Assembly: GCA_034423195.1 (NCBI GenBank)
Contig: DAOUIZ010000066.1
Coordinates: 95,740 to 159,739, forward strand
Origin: Dehalococcoidia bacterium
Lineage (GTDB): Bacteria > Chloroflexota > Dehalococcoidia > Lucifugimonadales > UBA3495
Length of the DNA stretch: 64,000 nt
Direction of reading: 5' to 3'
In this document: positions 1-10,122 of the stretch, in pieces
Layout: every line of letters starts with the position of its first letter
How positions within the stretch are numbered: position 1 is the first letter of the stretch
Made by a program: the position numbers and the translations under genes
Notes under the pieces: generated by a model
What the model saw: the letters and a program-made list of their open reading frames with translations, nothing else
Databases searched by the model: none
What the model was told of the DNA's origin: nothing

Positions 1-205
1 CGAGGGGCTGCGGTTTAGAAAGGGTGCAGCGGCCCCAGGCGGAGTGGGGCCAACGGGCCGGTTGACTGGTCCCCTATGTTATACTCCGCATCTGCCCCCC
101 TGCCTTCCGGCGGCGATGATGCGAAGCGGCGGGCAAGGGGATTCCGGCGCTGCCCGGGGCACAATAAAATAGCAGCATAATCCAACCAGTGACGGAGTTT
201 GTTCG

Positions 206-1429
206 ATGGCGGGCCCCATTTCCTTTGTTGAACGCGGCACCGTGACCACCCCGAGGGGGTTTACGGCGGGGGCGACCTACGCCGGGTTGAAGACCTATTC
301 CGAGGACAAGCTGGACCTGGGGATAATTTTGTCCGAGGCGCCCTGCGCGGGGGCCGGCGTCTTCACCACCAGCACCATCAAGTCCCCGACGGTTACGGTG
401 AACCGGGAGAACCTGGCACAATCGCCCACCCGGGCCATAATCGTAAACGCGGGGATAGCCAACACATCGGTGGGAGAGCAGGGGTACATAGACGCCAAGG
501 AAATGACCGCAGTGGCCGCGCAGAAGGTGGGCGCCAACCCGGAGGAGGTGCTGGTGTGCAGCACCGGGGTCATCGGCGTGGAGCTTCCCATGTCGCTGAT
601 CCGGGACGGCGTCGAGCGCATCGAGTTCGCCAATGGAGACGACGGCGGGCACGATGTGGCCCGGGCAATGATGACCACCGACACCCATCCCAAGGAGGTG
701 GCGGTGCGCTTTGAGGCCGGGGGGCAGCGGGTCCTGCTGGGCGGTGTGGCCAAGGGCTCCGGGATGATTCATCCCGACATGGCCACCATGCTTTCCTTCA
801 TCACCACCGACGCCGCCGTGGAACCGGGGCTGCTGGATGGCATGATAAAAGAAGTGGCCGATTCGTCGCTGAACATGCTTAGCGTCGACGGCGACACCAG
901 CACCAACGATACCCTGCTGGTGCTGGCCAACGGGATGGCCGGCAACGATCCAATTGCCGCCGGCACGCCCGACGCCGAGACCTTCAAGGAAGCCCTGTTG
1001 GAAGCCTGCATCTACCTGACGCGGGAACTGGCCAGGGACGGTGAAGGCGCGTCGCACCTGATTACCGTGGAGGTGGCGGGCGCAAAGGACGTGGACGACG
1101 CCCGCCGGGCGGCCCGCACCATCTCGGCCTCCAACCTGGTCAAGTCGGCGGTCTACGGGGCCGATCCCAACTGGGGGCGCATTTTGATGGCGGTGGGGCG
1201 CAGCGGCGCCGCTGCCGATGAAACCAAGATCGACCTCTTCATCAACGGGGTTTGCATCATGGAGGCGGGCAGCCCCATACCCTTCCACCGGGACGCGGTG
1301 GTCGCGCTGATGCGGCAGCCCGAGGTATCCATCCGAGTCCAGCTGAACCTGGGGGACGGGGAGGCCACCGCGTGGGGCTGCGACCTGACCCAGGAATACG
1401 TCATTATCAACAGCGCCTACACCACCTGA
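206..1429 (+). CDS. argJ: bifunctional ornithine acetyltransferase / N-acetylglutamate synthase ArgJ
   Basis: 407-aa ORF. It carries the self-cleavage region HPDMA|TMLSFITTDA typical of ArgJ and is followed by argB. Confidence 0.93.
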   Translation: MAGPISFVERGTVTTPRGFTAGATYAGLKTYSEDKLDLGIILSEAPCAGAGVFTTSTIKSPTVTVNRENLAQSPTRAIIVNAGIANTSVGEQGYIDAKEMTAVAAQKVGANPEEVLVCSTGVIGVELPMSLIRDGVERIEFANGDDGGHDVARAMMTTDTHPKEVAVRFEAGGQRVLLGGVAKGSGMIHPDMATMLSFITTDAAVEPGLLDGMIKEVADSSLNMLSVDGDTSTNDTLLVLANGMAGNDPIAAGTPDAETFKEALLEACIYLTRELARDGEGASHLITVEVAGAKDVDDARRAARTISASNLVKSAVYGADPNWGRILMAVGRSGAAADETKIDLFINGVCIMEAGSPIPFHRDAVVALMRQPEVSIRVQLNLGDGEATAWGCDLTQEYVIINSAYTT

Positions 1430-1564
1430 CCGGCGTCCGGCATCTATCGCCATGGCACCCGGCTTGAGCCAACCTGCTGTTTCCCAAGAGGCCGGCGGGA
1501 TGTTCTGCGTGACGGAGCGTGTTCAGACTCCCGCCCGCGCAATCCCCGGCCAGCGGCGGCACCC

Positions 1565-2377
1565 ATGATGAACAGGAGGACCGAGTTGTCCGGCCCGCCA
1601 ATAGTGGTAAAGATTGGTGGCAGCACCCTGGGCAGCCACGATACCAGCCTCAAAGACCTGGTCACGCTCCAGCAGCAGGGCCGGAACGTGATCGTGGTGC
1701 ATGGCGGCGGAAACGTCATATCCGACTGGATGCAGAAGCAGGGCATCCCGCCCCGTTTCGTGAACGGCCTGCGGATTACCGACGCTCCCAGCCTGGACAT
1801 CGTGGTTGCGGTACTCACCGGCCTCATCAACAAGGACCTGGTGTGCCTGCTGCACGAGCTGGGGGGCCGGGCGGTGGGCATCAGCGGAATCGACGGGGGA
1901 ATCCTGCAGGCGCACATTGCCAACCCGGAGCTGGGTTTCGTGGGTGAAGTGGTCGAGGTCAACTCCGGTCCCCTGGATGCCCTGTCCGGGAGCGGGTATA
2001 TTCCCTTGATGGCCCCGCTGGCGATGCACCAGCAGGACGGCTCGGACCACGCGGGGAAGCCGCTGAATATCAACGGGGATACCGCGGCCGGAGCGGTGGC
2101 CCGGGCGGTGAAGGCGGAGCGGCTGGTGTTTCTGACCGACGTGCCGGGGATCATGGACGGCAACGGGCGGGTCATCCCCCACCTGGACCGCCGCCGCGCC
2201 GACATCCTGCGCCGCTCCAACGTAATCAGCGGGGGAATGATCCCGAAGCTGGAAGCGTGCATCACGGCCCTGGAAAGCGTCCCCCAGGCCGAGATCATCG
2301 ACGGCACACAGCCCAACGCACTGCTGGACTGCATCAGCGGCGCTGCCCAGGGGACCCGCCTGGTGGGCAACCTGTGA
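1565..2377 (+). CDS. argB: acetylglutamate kinase ArgB
   Basis: 270-aa ORF with IVVKIGGS...VVHGGG...NGLRITD amino-acid-kinase motifs, in arg-cluster context. Confidence 0.93.
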   Translation: MMNRRTELSGPPIVVKIGGSTLGSHDTSLKDLVTLQQQGRNVIVVHGGGNVISDWMQKQGIPPRFVNGLRITDAPSLDIVVAVLTGLINKDLVCLLHELGGRAVGISGIDGGILQAHIANPELGFVGEVVEVNSGPLDALSGSGYIPLMAPLAMHQQDGSDHAGKPLNINGDTAAGAVARAVKAERLVFLTDVPGIMDGNGRVIPHLDRRRADILRRSNVISGGMIPKLEACITALESVPQAEIIDGTQPNALLDCISGAAQGTRLVGNL

Positions 2378-2513
2378 ACCTGCCCCTGGTCCGCCTGCTC
2401 CAACCCGGGCAACGACGTTAATCCGCCGTTCCAACTCTCTTGAGCAAGACTGTTCCACCAGGGCTCCGGGTTTGCCGCCGGGATGCCGGCGCAACCGGAG
2501 CCAATGAGCTGCG

Positions 2514-5249
2514 ATGAGCTACGACCTGGGCAACGACTCGGAAAACGGCCCTCCCCCGCTGCCGGGAATCAGCGCGAGGGCGCTCCATCGCCTGATCCGG
2601 GGAAGTTTAATCGCCGGAGCGGCGGTGACGCTGGGGTTGGCGCTGTGGTGGCTGGTGTACTTCTACACCAACCTGGTGTGGTTCGACCTGCTGGGGTTCG
2701 GGGATGTATTCTTCCAGATCGCCCTGGTCAAAGCGTTCCTGTTCTGCCTGGGGACGGGGGCTGCCTCCCTGATTCTCCTTTTCAATTTTTCCCAGGCCAT
2801 CAAGCTGTCCTGGGGACCAACATCCCTGCCGGTGACGGTGGACACTTTCCGCCTGATCCTTACGCTGATAGGCGCGGGGATGGCGCTGGTGCTGCTGATA
2901 GCCTCGCCCATATTCGGAACGGCGATGGCCGGCCGGTGGGAGTCGGTCTTCCTGCTGCTCGCCCGGGAGCCCTTTGGCATCTCCGACCCCGCCTTTGGCC
3001 GGGACTATTCCTTCTACGTCGTCATCCTGCCCGCTTTGAATTTCATCCAGGGTTGGCTTCTGGCCCTCGTTATAACGGTCATCGTTTCGTCCCTGGCGGT
3101 GTACCTGGCCATGTTCGGGCTGCGGGGCATGAACATGGTGATTACTCCCCGGATGCTGCGTCATGCCGCCATCCTGGGCGCTGTGCTGATGCTTGTCCTG
3201 GCCGTGGGGCACGTTCTCAGCATTTACGGCCTGGTGCATTCGGAGGGAGGGGCGGTCTACGGCGCGACCTACACCGACGTTCAGGCGAGGGTGCCGGCCC
3301 TGCTGCTGCTGACGGTCATCGCCCTGCTTTCCGCCGCCGGGATGGTGGGGAGCATCTTTTACCGCGGATTCCGGTTAATGGCGGCTTCCTTCAGCCTGTG
3401 GGCCATCGTGGCGGTGCTGGCCGGGTTGGTGTTCCCGCTGGTGTTCCAGCGGCTCCAGGTTTCCCCCAACGAGTTTGCCAGGGAAGCCCCATTCATCGAG
3501 CGAAACATCGAGGCCACCCGCGCGGCCTACCAGTTGGACCAGATTAAGGAGAGCGTCTATCCGGCGGACGGCAAGCTGGATGAGGCGGCCATCCGTGCCA
3601 ACCAGGACACCCTGGACAACATCCGGCTCTGGGACACCGGCCCCCTGCGGGATGCGTACAACCAGCTCCAGTTCATGAAGCTCTACTACAATTTTCTGAA
3701 CATGGACTCGGACCGCTACGAAATCGACGGGAGGGTCCGGCAGGTATTGGTTTCGGCTCGGGAACTGTACTCGGGAAACCTGGACCCGGCGGCGCAGAAC
3801 TGGGTCAACCAGCGTCTCCAGTACACCCACGGGTATGGCGTCGCCATGAGTCCGGCCACCGGGTTCACTCCGGGCGAGGGCCGCCCGGAGTTTTTCATAC
3901 AGGACATTCCGTTGACCGGCAAGCTGGAGATAACCCGTCCCGAGATTTACTACGGAGAATCCCCGGTGGACTACGCGGTGGTCAACACCAGCTTGCCGGA
4001 GGTCAATCCTAACGAGGAGTATGAGGGCTACGACGGCACCGGCGGGATACCGCTGGGGAACCTGTTCCAGCGGGCGGCTTTCGCGGCCCAGCTGGGCGAC
4101 ATCAACCTTCTGCTGAACGACCGGATTGGACAGGACAGCCGGCTGCAATACCGCCGGCAGATCTCGAACCGGCTGGGGGCGCTGGCGCCCTTCCTGAAAC
4201 TCGACCGGGACCCCTACCCGGTGTTGGACGACAGCGGAAAGCTATGGTGGATCCAGGATGCCTACACCACCACCGACCGTTACCCCTACTCGACGCCCAG
4301 CGAACACGGCTACAACTACATTCGCAACAGCGTCAAGATCACCGTAGACGCCTACAACGGGACGGCGGCCTTCTATGTCATAGACCCGGCGGACCCCCTG
4401 CTGCAGATGTACCGCAGGGCCTTTCCCGAACTATTCCACGATATGTCGGACATGCCGGACGATCTGCGAAAGCACATCCGGTACCCGGTGGGATTGTTTT
4501 CGACCCAGACCAAGCTGTACCTGCGCTACCACGTCACCGATCCGCAGGTATTCTTCAACCAGGCCGAGCAGTGGGCGATTCCGCTGGAGACGCGGATCGC
4601 CAAGCCCGGCGTCGCCGTGGTGCCGTCCTACCTGCAGTTGAAGCTGCCAGGGGAGGCTAACGAGGAGTTCATCCTGCTCATGCCCTTCACCCCTGCCGGG
4701 GAGAAGAAGAACCTGGTGTCGTGGCTGGCCGCCCGCAGCGACTGGCCCAACTACGGCCAGCTTCTGGCTTTCCAGCTGCCCACCGACCGTCAGATAGATG
4801 GCCCCAGCCAGGTTGAGGCCAGGATTGAAAACGACAAGACCGTTTCCCAGCAGTTTACCCTGTGGGGAGCCGGGTCAGGTTCCCAGATAATCCGCGGGCA
4901 GCTTCTGGTAATACCCATCTCCGGTACTATAATCTACGTTGAGCCGCTCTACCTGCAGTCCCAGGCGTTGAACTTTCCCGAGCTAAAACAGGTTATACTA
5001 GCCGACGACAGCAACCTGGTGATGGCGGATACCATCAACGAAGGCATCGCCATGCTGGTGGAAGCCAACGGTGCCGACGAGTCAGGCGGGCCCGCGTCCG
5101 CGCCGGTTGAAGCATCCGGGGACGGCGCTCTGCACCAGTTGCTGGAAATGGAACAGGAGATAGAAGGCCTCCAGGACTCATTGCGGCAATTGCGGCAGTC
5201 CCTGGAAGGCCTCAGAGAAACACTGGCCGAGCCGTCAGGGGAGCCATAG
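2514..5249 (+). CDS. UPF0182 family integral membrane protein
   Basis: 911-aa ORF with a multi-TM N-terminal third and a large C-terminal domain. Family-typical blocks are present: DRYPYS, VKITVDAYNGTAAFY, MPDDLRKHIRYP, PFTPAGEKKNLVSWLAARSD, LLVIPI...YVEPLYLQ. The C-terminus has a coiled-coil-like tail. Confidence 0.85.
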   Translation: MSYDLGNDSENGPPPLPGISARALHRLIRGSLIAGAAVTLGLALWWLVYFYTNLVWFDLLGFGDVFFQIALVKAFLFCLGTGAASLILLFNFSQAIKLSWGPTSLPVTVDTFRLILTLIGAGMALVLLIASPIFGTAMAGRWESVFLLLAREPFGISDPAFGRDYSFYVVILPALNFIQGWLLALVITVIVSSLAVYLAMFGLRGMNMVITPRMLRHAAILGAVLMLVLAVGHVLSIYGLVHSEGGAVYGATYTDVQARVPALLLLTVIALLSAAGMVGSIFYRGFRLMAASFSLWAIVAVLAGLVFPLVFQRLQVSPNEFAREAPFIERNIEATRAAYQLDQIKESVYPADGKLDEAAIRANQDTLDNIRLWDTGPLRDAYNQLQFMKLYYNFLNMDSDRYEIDGRVRQVLVSARELYSGNLDPAAQNWVNQRLQYTHGYGVAMSPATGFTPGEGRPEFFIQDIPLTGKLEITRPEIYYGESPVDYAVVNTSLPEVNPNEEYEGYDGTGGIPLGNLFQRAAFAAQLGDINLLLNDRIGQDSRLQYRRQISNRLGALAPFLKLDRDPYPVLDDSGKLWWIQDAYTTTDRYPYSTPSEHGYNYIRNSVKITVDAYNGTAAFYVIDPADPLLQMYRRAFPELFHDMSDMPDDLRKHIRYPVGLFSTQTKLYLRYHVTDPQVFFNQAEQWAIPLETRIAKPGVAVVPSYLQLKLPGEANEEFILLMPFTPAGEKKNLVSWLAARSDWPNYGQLLAFQLPTDRQIDGPSQVEARIENDKTVSQQFTLWGAGSGSQIIRGQLLVIPISGTIIYVEPLYLQSQALNFPELKQVILADDSNLVMADTINEGIAMLVEANGADESGGPASAPVEASGDGALHQLLEMEQEIEGLQDSLRQLRQSLEGLRETLAEPSGEP

Positions 5250-5319
5250 CAGGTAGCCTTGGACAAGCTGTCTTGCGGGAAGCTCCCGTAGGCGGCGACC
5301 CTTAGAGGAGGAAAGACCC

Positions 5320-6510
5320 ATGACCATCAGTGAACAGTGGATCGCCAAGGAACAACAGTACTACGCCCAAACCGTGCGCCGGCAGCCCGTGGTAATCGTC
5401 AAGGGCGAGGGCACCCGGGTCTGGGACGCTGATGGCAAGGAGTACCTGGACTTCGTCGCCGGTTGGGCCGTGGACAACCTGGGACATTCCCACCCGGCCA
5501 TCACCCAGGCTATCGTGGAGCAGGCCGGCACGCTCATCCAGACATCCAACCAGTTCTTCACGGTGCCCCAGCTGCAACTGGCCGAGCTGCTGGTGGAAAA
5601 CAGTTGCCTGGACCGGGTCTTCTTTGGGAACAGCGGGGCCGAGGCCAACGAGGGCGCGCTGAAGCTGGCCAAGAAGTACGGCAAAGCGAACCGGGATGGG
5701 GCCTACGAGGTCATCACCGCCTTCAATTCCTTCCACGGGCGCACCGCTACCACGGTGGCCGCCACCGGGCAGCCCCATTACCAGGAAGCCTTCCTCCCTC
5801 TCCAGCCCGGGTTCGTCCACGTGGACTTCAACGACGTGGAAGCCATTATGAACGCCACCACCGACCGGACGGCGGCGGTGATGCTGGAGCCGGTGCAGGG
5901 CGAGGGTGGAGTCAACATTCCCGACGACGACTACCTGGTCCGGGTGCGGGAGTGGTGCGACCGGAACAACCTGCTGCTGATTCTGGATGAGGTGCAGACG
6001 GGCATGGGCCGCCTGGGCAGCCTGTTCGGGTACGAGGAATACAACGTGGAGCCGGACGTTATTACCCTGGCCAAGGGGTTGGGCTACGGCGTTCCCATCG
6101 GCGCCTTCATGTCCAAGGAATCGGCAATGGCGCTGGTGCCTGGCGATCACGGGTCGACCTTTGGCGGCAACGCCCTGACCACCGCCGCGGCCTACGCGGG
6201 CACCAAGTTCCTCATCGACAACGACATTCCGTCCTACGTCAAGCGAATGGAAACCCATCTGCTGGACCGGCTCAACGGCCTCAAGTCCCGCTTCTCCTTC
6301 GTCACCGATGTGAGGGGAAAGGGATTGCTGGCGGCCCTGGAGTTCGACAGCGACGTTTCCGGCCAGGTGCTGACCAACGCCAATGAGGCCGGAATCCTCC
6401 TCAATGGAGTCCGCCCCAACGCCGTCCGGTTCATGCCTCCGCTGACGGTCACCCCGGAGGAAATAGACGAGGGGATTGGCCGGCTGGAAGACGCGCTGGC
6501 GAAGATTTAG
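5320..6510 (+). CDS. argD: acetylornithine aminotransferase (class III PLP aminotransferase)
   Basis: 396-aa ORF with GGAGG upstream. It shows class III aminotransferase blocks (SGAEANE, LILDEVQTGMGR, TFGGN) in arg-cluster context. Confidence 0.9.
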   Translation: MTISEQWIAKEQQYYAQTVRRQPVVIVKGEGTRVWDADGKEYLDFVAGWAVDNLGHSHPAITQAIVEQAGTLIQTSNQFFTVPQLQLAELLVENSCLDRVFFGNSGAEANEGALKLAKKYGKANRDGAYEVITAFNSFHGRTATTVAATGQPHYQEAFLPLQPGFVHVDFNDVEAIMNATTDRTAAVMLEPVQGEGGVNIPDDDYLVRVREWCDRNNLLLILDEVQTGMGRLGSLFGYEEYNVEPDVITLAKGLGYGVPIGAFMSKESAMALVPGDHGSTFGGNALTTAAAYAGTKFLIDNDIPSYVKRMETHLLDRLNGLKSRFSFVTDVRGKGLLAALEFDSDVSGQVLTNANEAGILLNGVRPNAVRFMPPLTVTPEEIDEGIGRLEDALAKI

Positions 6511-6635
6511 GGGGACTTTGCCGCTCCCCAGGCTGGAGGATATCCACTGTCCATAGCCCGGGGGATTCGATTTCGGGCTTGCCCCGGCGCCGGAACAGCC
6601 AAGCCACAGGATATTTGAAGTCAGAAAGGACGGAC

Positions 6636-6845
6636 GTGGCAGGACGCGAGTTCTACGTAATTATCGAAAAGGACGAGGACGGGGTTTTCGTGGGCGAAGC
6701 CCCACAGTTAAATGCGTGTTACAGCCAGGGCCGTACCGTCGACAATTTGATCGAAAACATCAAGGAAGTCATACAGCTCTGTCTTGACGAAGGGGACCCT
6801 GAGTCCGCGGGGGAATTCGTAGGGATTCACCGTATAGAAGTCTAA
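6636..6845 (+). CDS. HicB-like (UPF0150) antitoxin-fold protein
   Basis: FYVIIEKDEDGVFVGEAPQLNACYSQGRTVDNLIENIKEVIQLCLDE matches the HicB/UPF0150 N-terminal fold pattern. I prefer the GTG at 6636, which follows AAAGGA, over the track start at 6579. GC content is visibly lower than in neighbouring genes. Confidence 0.6.
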   Translation: MAGREFYVIIEKDEDGVFVGEAPQLNACYSQGRTVDNLIENIKEVIQLCLDEGDPESAGEFVGIHRIEV

Positions 6846-6972
6846 CCTGGATGGCGCGAATCCCCGCGTTGAGCCCCGATCAAGAATCGTCTACCGGGAC
6901 GCACTGAGCGTAGCCGGTACTATGGCGCCAGCCGCGAACCCCCAGCAATAATCAAAACGGAGACCAACCCGA

Positions 6973-8178
6973 ATGAATCAACCTTCGGCAAACCCCGGAA
7001 AGATAGTCCTGGCCTACAGCGGCGGGCTCGATACATCCGTTGCCGTTCCTTGGCTCAAGGAACACTACGGAGCCGAAATCATCACCCTGACCATGGACCT
7101 GGGCATGGTGGACCTGCCGTCCATCCAGGAACGGGCGATGGCGGTGGGCGCGGCCAAGGCCCTGACTGTTGACGCCAAGGATGTCCTGGTGGAGGAGTTC
7201 CTCTTTCCGGCGCTGCAGGCCGGCGCCATCTACGAGGGGGTATATCCGCTGGCCACCGCCCTGGGCCGGCCGCTCATCGCCCGCTGCCTGGCGGAGGCGG
7301 CCATCAGCGAAGGGGCCTACGCCGTGGCCCACGGCTGCACCGGAAAGGGCAACGACCAGGTCCGCATCGACGTCGGGGTTGCCGCCCTGGCGCCGGAGCT
7401 GAAGGTCATCGCCCCCATCCGCGACTGGGGCATGTCCCGGGAAGACGAGATGGACTATGCCCGGGAGCGCAGCCTTCCCATCAGCGCCGGCAAGAGCCGC
7501 TTCTCGGTGGACGAGAACCTGTGGGGACGGAGCGCCGAGGCGGGGGAACTGGAAGACCCGTGGCAGGAGCCGCCCGAGGAAGCCTACGAGTGGACCAGGC
7601 CGGTGACGGACACTCCCCAGGAACCGGTGTACCTGGAAATCCATTTCGACCTGGGCGTGCCCACCGCCGTCGACGGCGAGAGCATGGGCGGCTCCGCACT
7701 GATAAGCCACCTGAACCGGGTGGCCGGCGAGCACGGCGTGGGCCGCATTGACCACGTCGAGAACCGGCTGGTCGGCATCAAGTCCCGGGAGATTTATGAA
7801 GCCCCGGCGGCGGTCACTCTCCACGCCGCCCACCAGGCCCTGGAGAACATGACCCTGAGCAAAGACCAGGCCCGCACCAAGGCCCGCATCGCCCAGGAGT
7901 ACGCTGACTTGGTCTACAACGGGCTGTGGTTCACCGCCCACCGGGAGGACCTGGACGCCTACGTCCAAAGCACCCAGCGTTACGTTACGGGAGACGTGCG
8001 GGTCAGGCTCCACCGGGGCACCTGCACCGTGGTGGGACGCACCGCTCCCCAGGCCCTGTACCAGCACCAGCTCGCCACTTACGACCGGGGGGACACCTTC
8101 GACCACTCCGCCGCCGAGGGTTTCATCTCGATCTACGGGCTGCCCGTCAGGACCCAGAACCGGGTGCAGCGCGGCTGA
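6973..8178 (+). CDS. argG: argininosuccinate synthase
   Basis: 401-aa ORF with VLAYSGGLDTS (N-type ATP pyrophosphatase) and HGCTGKGNDQVR motifs. Confidence 0.94.
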   Translation: MNQPSANPGKIVLAYSGGLDTSVAVPWLKEHYGAEIITLTMDLGMVDLPSIQERAMAVGAAKALTVDAKDVLVEEFLFPALQAGAIYEGVYPLATALGRPLIARCLAEAAISEGAYAVAHGCTGKGNDQVRIDVGVAALAPELKVIAPIRDWGMSREDEMDYARERSLPISAGKSRFSVDENLWGRSAEAGELEDPWQEPPEEAYEWTRPVTDTPQEPVYLEIHFDLGVPTAVDGESMGGSALISHLNRVAGEHGVGRIDHVENRLVGIKSREIYEAPAAVTLHAAHQALENMTLSKDQARTKARIAQEYADLVYNGLWFTAHREDLDAYVQSTQRYVTGDVRVRLHRGTCTVVGRTAPQALYQHQLATYDRGDTFDHSAAEGFISIYGLPVRTQNRVQRG

Positions 8179-8275
8179 CCTTCCGGCAACTGCCTGACCA
8201 CGCTGCTCAAAGCGAGGCCCTGAAGCTGCCTTCATCCCAGCCATAGCCCACGGATCCCCACCCTGCGGAGGATAC

Positions 8276-9442
8276 ATGACCCTAGCAGACCGCATGAATC
8301 ACCTGGGCACGGAGACCGCTTTCGAGGTGCTGGCCAAGGCCCGCGCCCTGGAGGCCCAGGGGAAGGAAATCGTCCACCTCGAAATCGGGGAACCGGACTT
8401 CGACACCCCCCGGCATATCGTCGAAGCCGGGATCCAGGCCCTCCAGGATGGTCAGACCCACTACGGGCCGACACCGGGCATTCCTCAGCTCAGGGAGGCC
8501 ATCGCCCGCAACAGCCGCGAGGTCCGGGGCATCGACACCGACCCCGCCCACGTGGTGGTCACGCCCGGGGCCAAGCCCATCATGTTCTATGTAATCCTGG
8601 CCCTGGCAGAGCCGGGGGTCGAGGTCATCTATCCCAACCCCGGCTTCCCCATCTACGAGTCCATGATACGGTTCTCGGGAGCCACCCCGGTCCCCATGCG
8701 GTTGATTGAGGAGAAGAACTATCATCCCGATCTGGAGGACCTGGCGTCCAGGATCACCGGCAAGACCCGCCTGATAATCCTGAACTCCCCTGAGAATCCC
8801 TGCGGGTCGGCCCTGACCCGGGAGGAGATGGAGACCATCGCCAACCTGGTGAAGCAGCGGGATGACCTGTACGTCATGGCCGACGAGATCTACAAGGACA
8901 TCCTGTACACCGGGGAGCACCACAGCATCGCCGCCTTCCCCGACATGTCCCGCCGGACCATCATCCTGGACGGGTTTTCCAAGAGCTACGCCATGACCGG
9001 CTGGCGGCTGGGATACGGCATCATGCCGCCGGAACTGGTGCCTCACATCACCCGGCTGGCCGTCAACAGCGTGTCCTGCGCCGCTACCTTCAGCCAGTTT
9101 GCCGCCATCGCCGCCCTGGACGGCCCCCAGGACGACGTGCAGGCGATGGCCCGGGAGTTTGCCCAGCGGCGCAGGCTGATCACCGATGGCCTCCGCAGCA
9201 TCGACGGGATCAACTGTCCCGAACCGGAAGGGGCGTTCTACGCCTTCCCCAGCATCAGGGAGACGGGATTGAGCAGCTCCGAGTTCGAGGAACGGGCCCT
9301 CAGCGAGGCGGGGGTGGCCATCCTCTCCGGGTCCGCCTTCGGCCAGTACGGCGAAGGCTATGTCCGTTTGTCCTACGCCAACTCCCAGGAAAACATCACC
9401 AAGGCGGTGGAGTCCCTTCGGAAGTTCGTTGGTTCCCTTTAG
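8276..9442 (+). CDS. class I/II PLP-dependent aminotransferase (aspartate aminotransferase-like)
   Basis: 388-aa ORF with typical blocks: NPxNPCG (NSPENPCG), SKSYAMTGWRLGY (PLP lysine), FGQYGEGYVRLSYA. Confidence 0.85.
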   Translation: MTLADRMNHLGTETAFEVLAKARALEAQGKEIVHLEIGEPDFDTPRHIVEAGIQALQDGQTHYGPTPGIPQLREAIARNSREVRGIDTDPAHVVVTPGAKPIMFYVILALAEPGVEVIYPNPGFPIYESMIRFSGATPVPMRLIEEKNYHPDLEDLASRITGKTRLIILNSPENPCGSALTREEMETIANLVKQRDDLYVMADEIYKDILYTGEHHSIAAFPDMSRRTIILDGFSKSYAMTGWRLGYGIMPPELVPHITRLAVNSVSCAATFSQFAAIAALDGPQDDVQAMAREFAQRRRLITDGLRSIDGINCPEPEGAFYAFPSIRETGLSSSEFEERALSEAGVAILSGSAFGQYGEGYVRLSYANSQENITKAVESLRKFVGSL

Positions 9443-9485
9443 TCCGCCGGGCTTGTCCCCCACCCGGAAATCGGAGGGCACAGAT

Positions 9486-9944
9486 ATGTTCATCAAGGTG
9501 GAGCCGGCCGGGTTCTTCATGTACACCGTCCAGATGGCCTTCGATACTGCATCCCCGGATGCGGAGGACGCCGAAATCAGGGAATACCTGGCGCAGCATG
9601 AGCTGGAGCCCCGCTACCAGTGGGAGGCCGAATTCGACGGGCGCAACTGCCAGTGGATGCAGTTCGGCGGGTGCTACCTGGGGAGCCACCTCCAGGGGAT
9701 TGGGCAAATCCAGCGCAAGGCCGTCGAGGTGGAGCTGCTGACCGAGGGGATCAACAGCTACCTGGACGAAAACGCGGAAGGTGCGGCGGAACTATCCCGT
9801 GAGGCCCGGAATAACCTGGTCGCCGCGCTGATTTCCGAGTTCCAGCGGGATGAGAACTTCGCTCCCGACGAGCAGGGGCAGTTGACCGCCAGCCTGGACC
9901 GGGAGGAACTGGCCGAGGCCGCCAACCGCCTGCTCACTGTGTAA
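9486..9944 (+). CDS. hypothetical protein
   Basis: The ATG at 9486 is preceded by GGAGGG with a 7-nt spacer. The track ORF starting at 9360 overlaps the previous gene. No recognisable motifs. A hairpin terminator follows. Confidence 0.55.
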   Translation: MFIKVEPAGFFMYTVQMAFDTASPDAEDAEIREYLAQHELEPRYQWEAEFDGRNCQWMQFGGCYLGSHLQGIGQIQRKAVEVELLTEGINSYLDENAEGAAELSREARNNLVAALISEFQRDENFAPDEQGQLTASLDREELAEAANRLLTV

Positions 9945-9976
9945 CCGCTACCCCATGGGTCCCCGGATATGCGTTG

Positions 9977-10009
9977 CCCCGCCAGTGTTGTTGGCGGGGC
10001 CTTTGTTTT
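9977..10009 (+). terminator. rho-independent terminator
   Basis: CCCCGCCA-gtgttg-TTGGCGGGG stem-loop followed by CCTTTGTTTT. Confidence 0.7.
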
Positions 10010-10048
10010 CCAGGGCCGTTTGCCAAGGGCATTTGAAGGGCTTTTGAT

Positions 10049-10122
10049 TGGAGCGGGCGATGGGAATCGAACCCACGTAACTAGCTTGGAAGGCTAGGGC
10101 TTTACCACTAAGCTACGCCCGC
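10049..10122 (-). tRNA. tRNA-Gly (anticodon UCC)
   Basis: The reverse complement folds as a cloverleaf: GCGGGCG/CGCCCGC acceptor, GCTT/AAGC D stem, CTAGC-CTTCCAA-GCTAG anticodon arm, GTGGG-TTCGATT-CCCAT T arm. CCA is encoded. Length 74 nt. Confidence 0.93.

Noticed and set aside
1-205. Possible promoter TTGACT...TATACT upstream of argJ.
   Set aside because: The spacer between the hexamers is only 12 nt, so this is not a credible sigma70 promoter as it stands.
74-1453. 459-aa minus-strand ORF covering argJ. Similar cases are 1444..2412, 1523..2494, 5302..6258, 6952..8295 and 8282..9526.
   Set aside because: These are antisense shadow ORFs of well-supported plus-strand genes. Their translations are Arg/Gly/Pro/His-rich, typical of the wrong frame in high-GC DNA, and show no family motifs.
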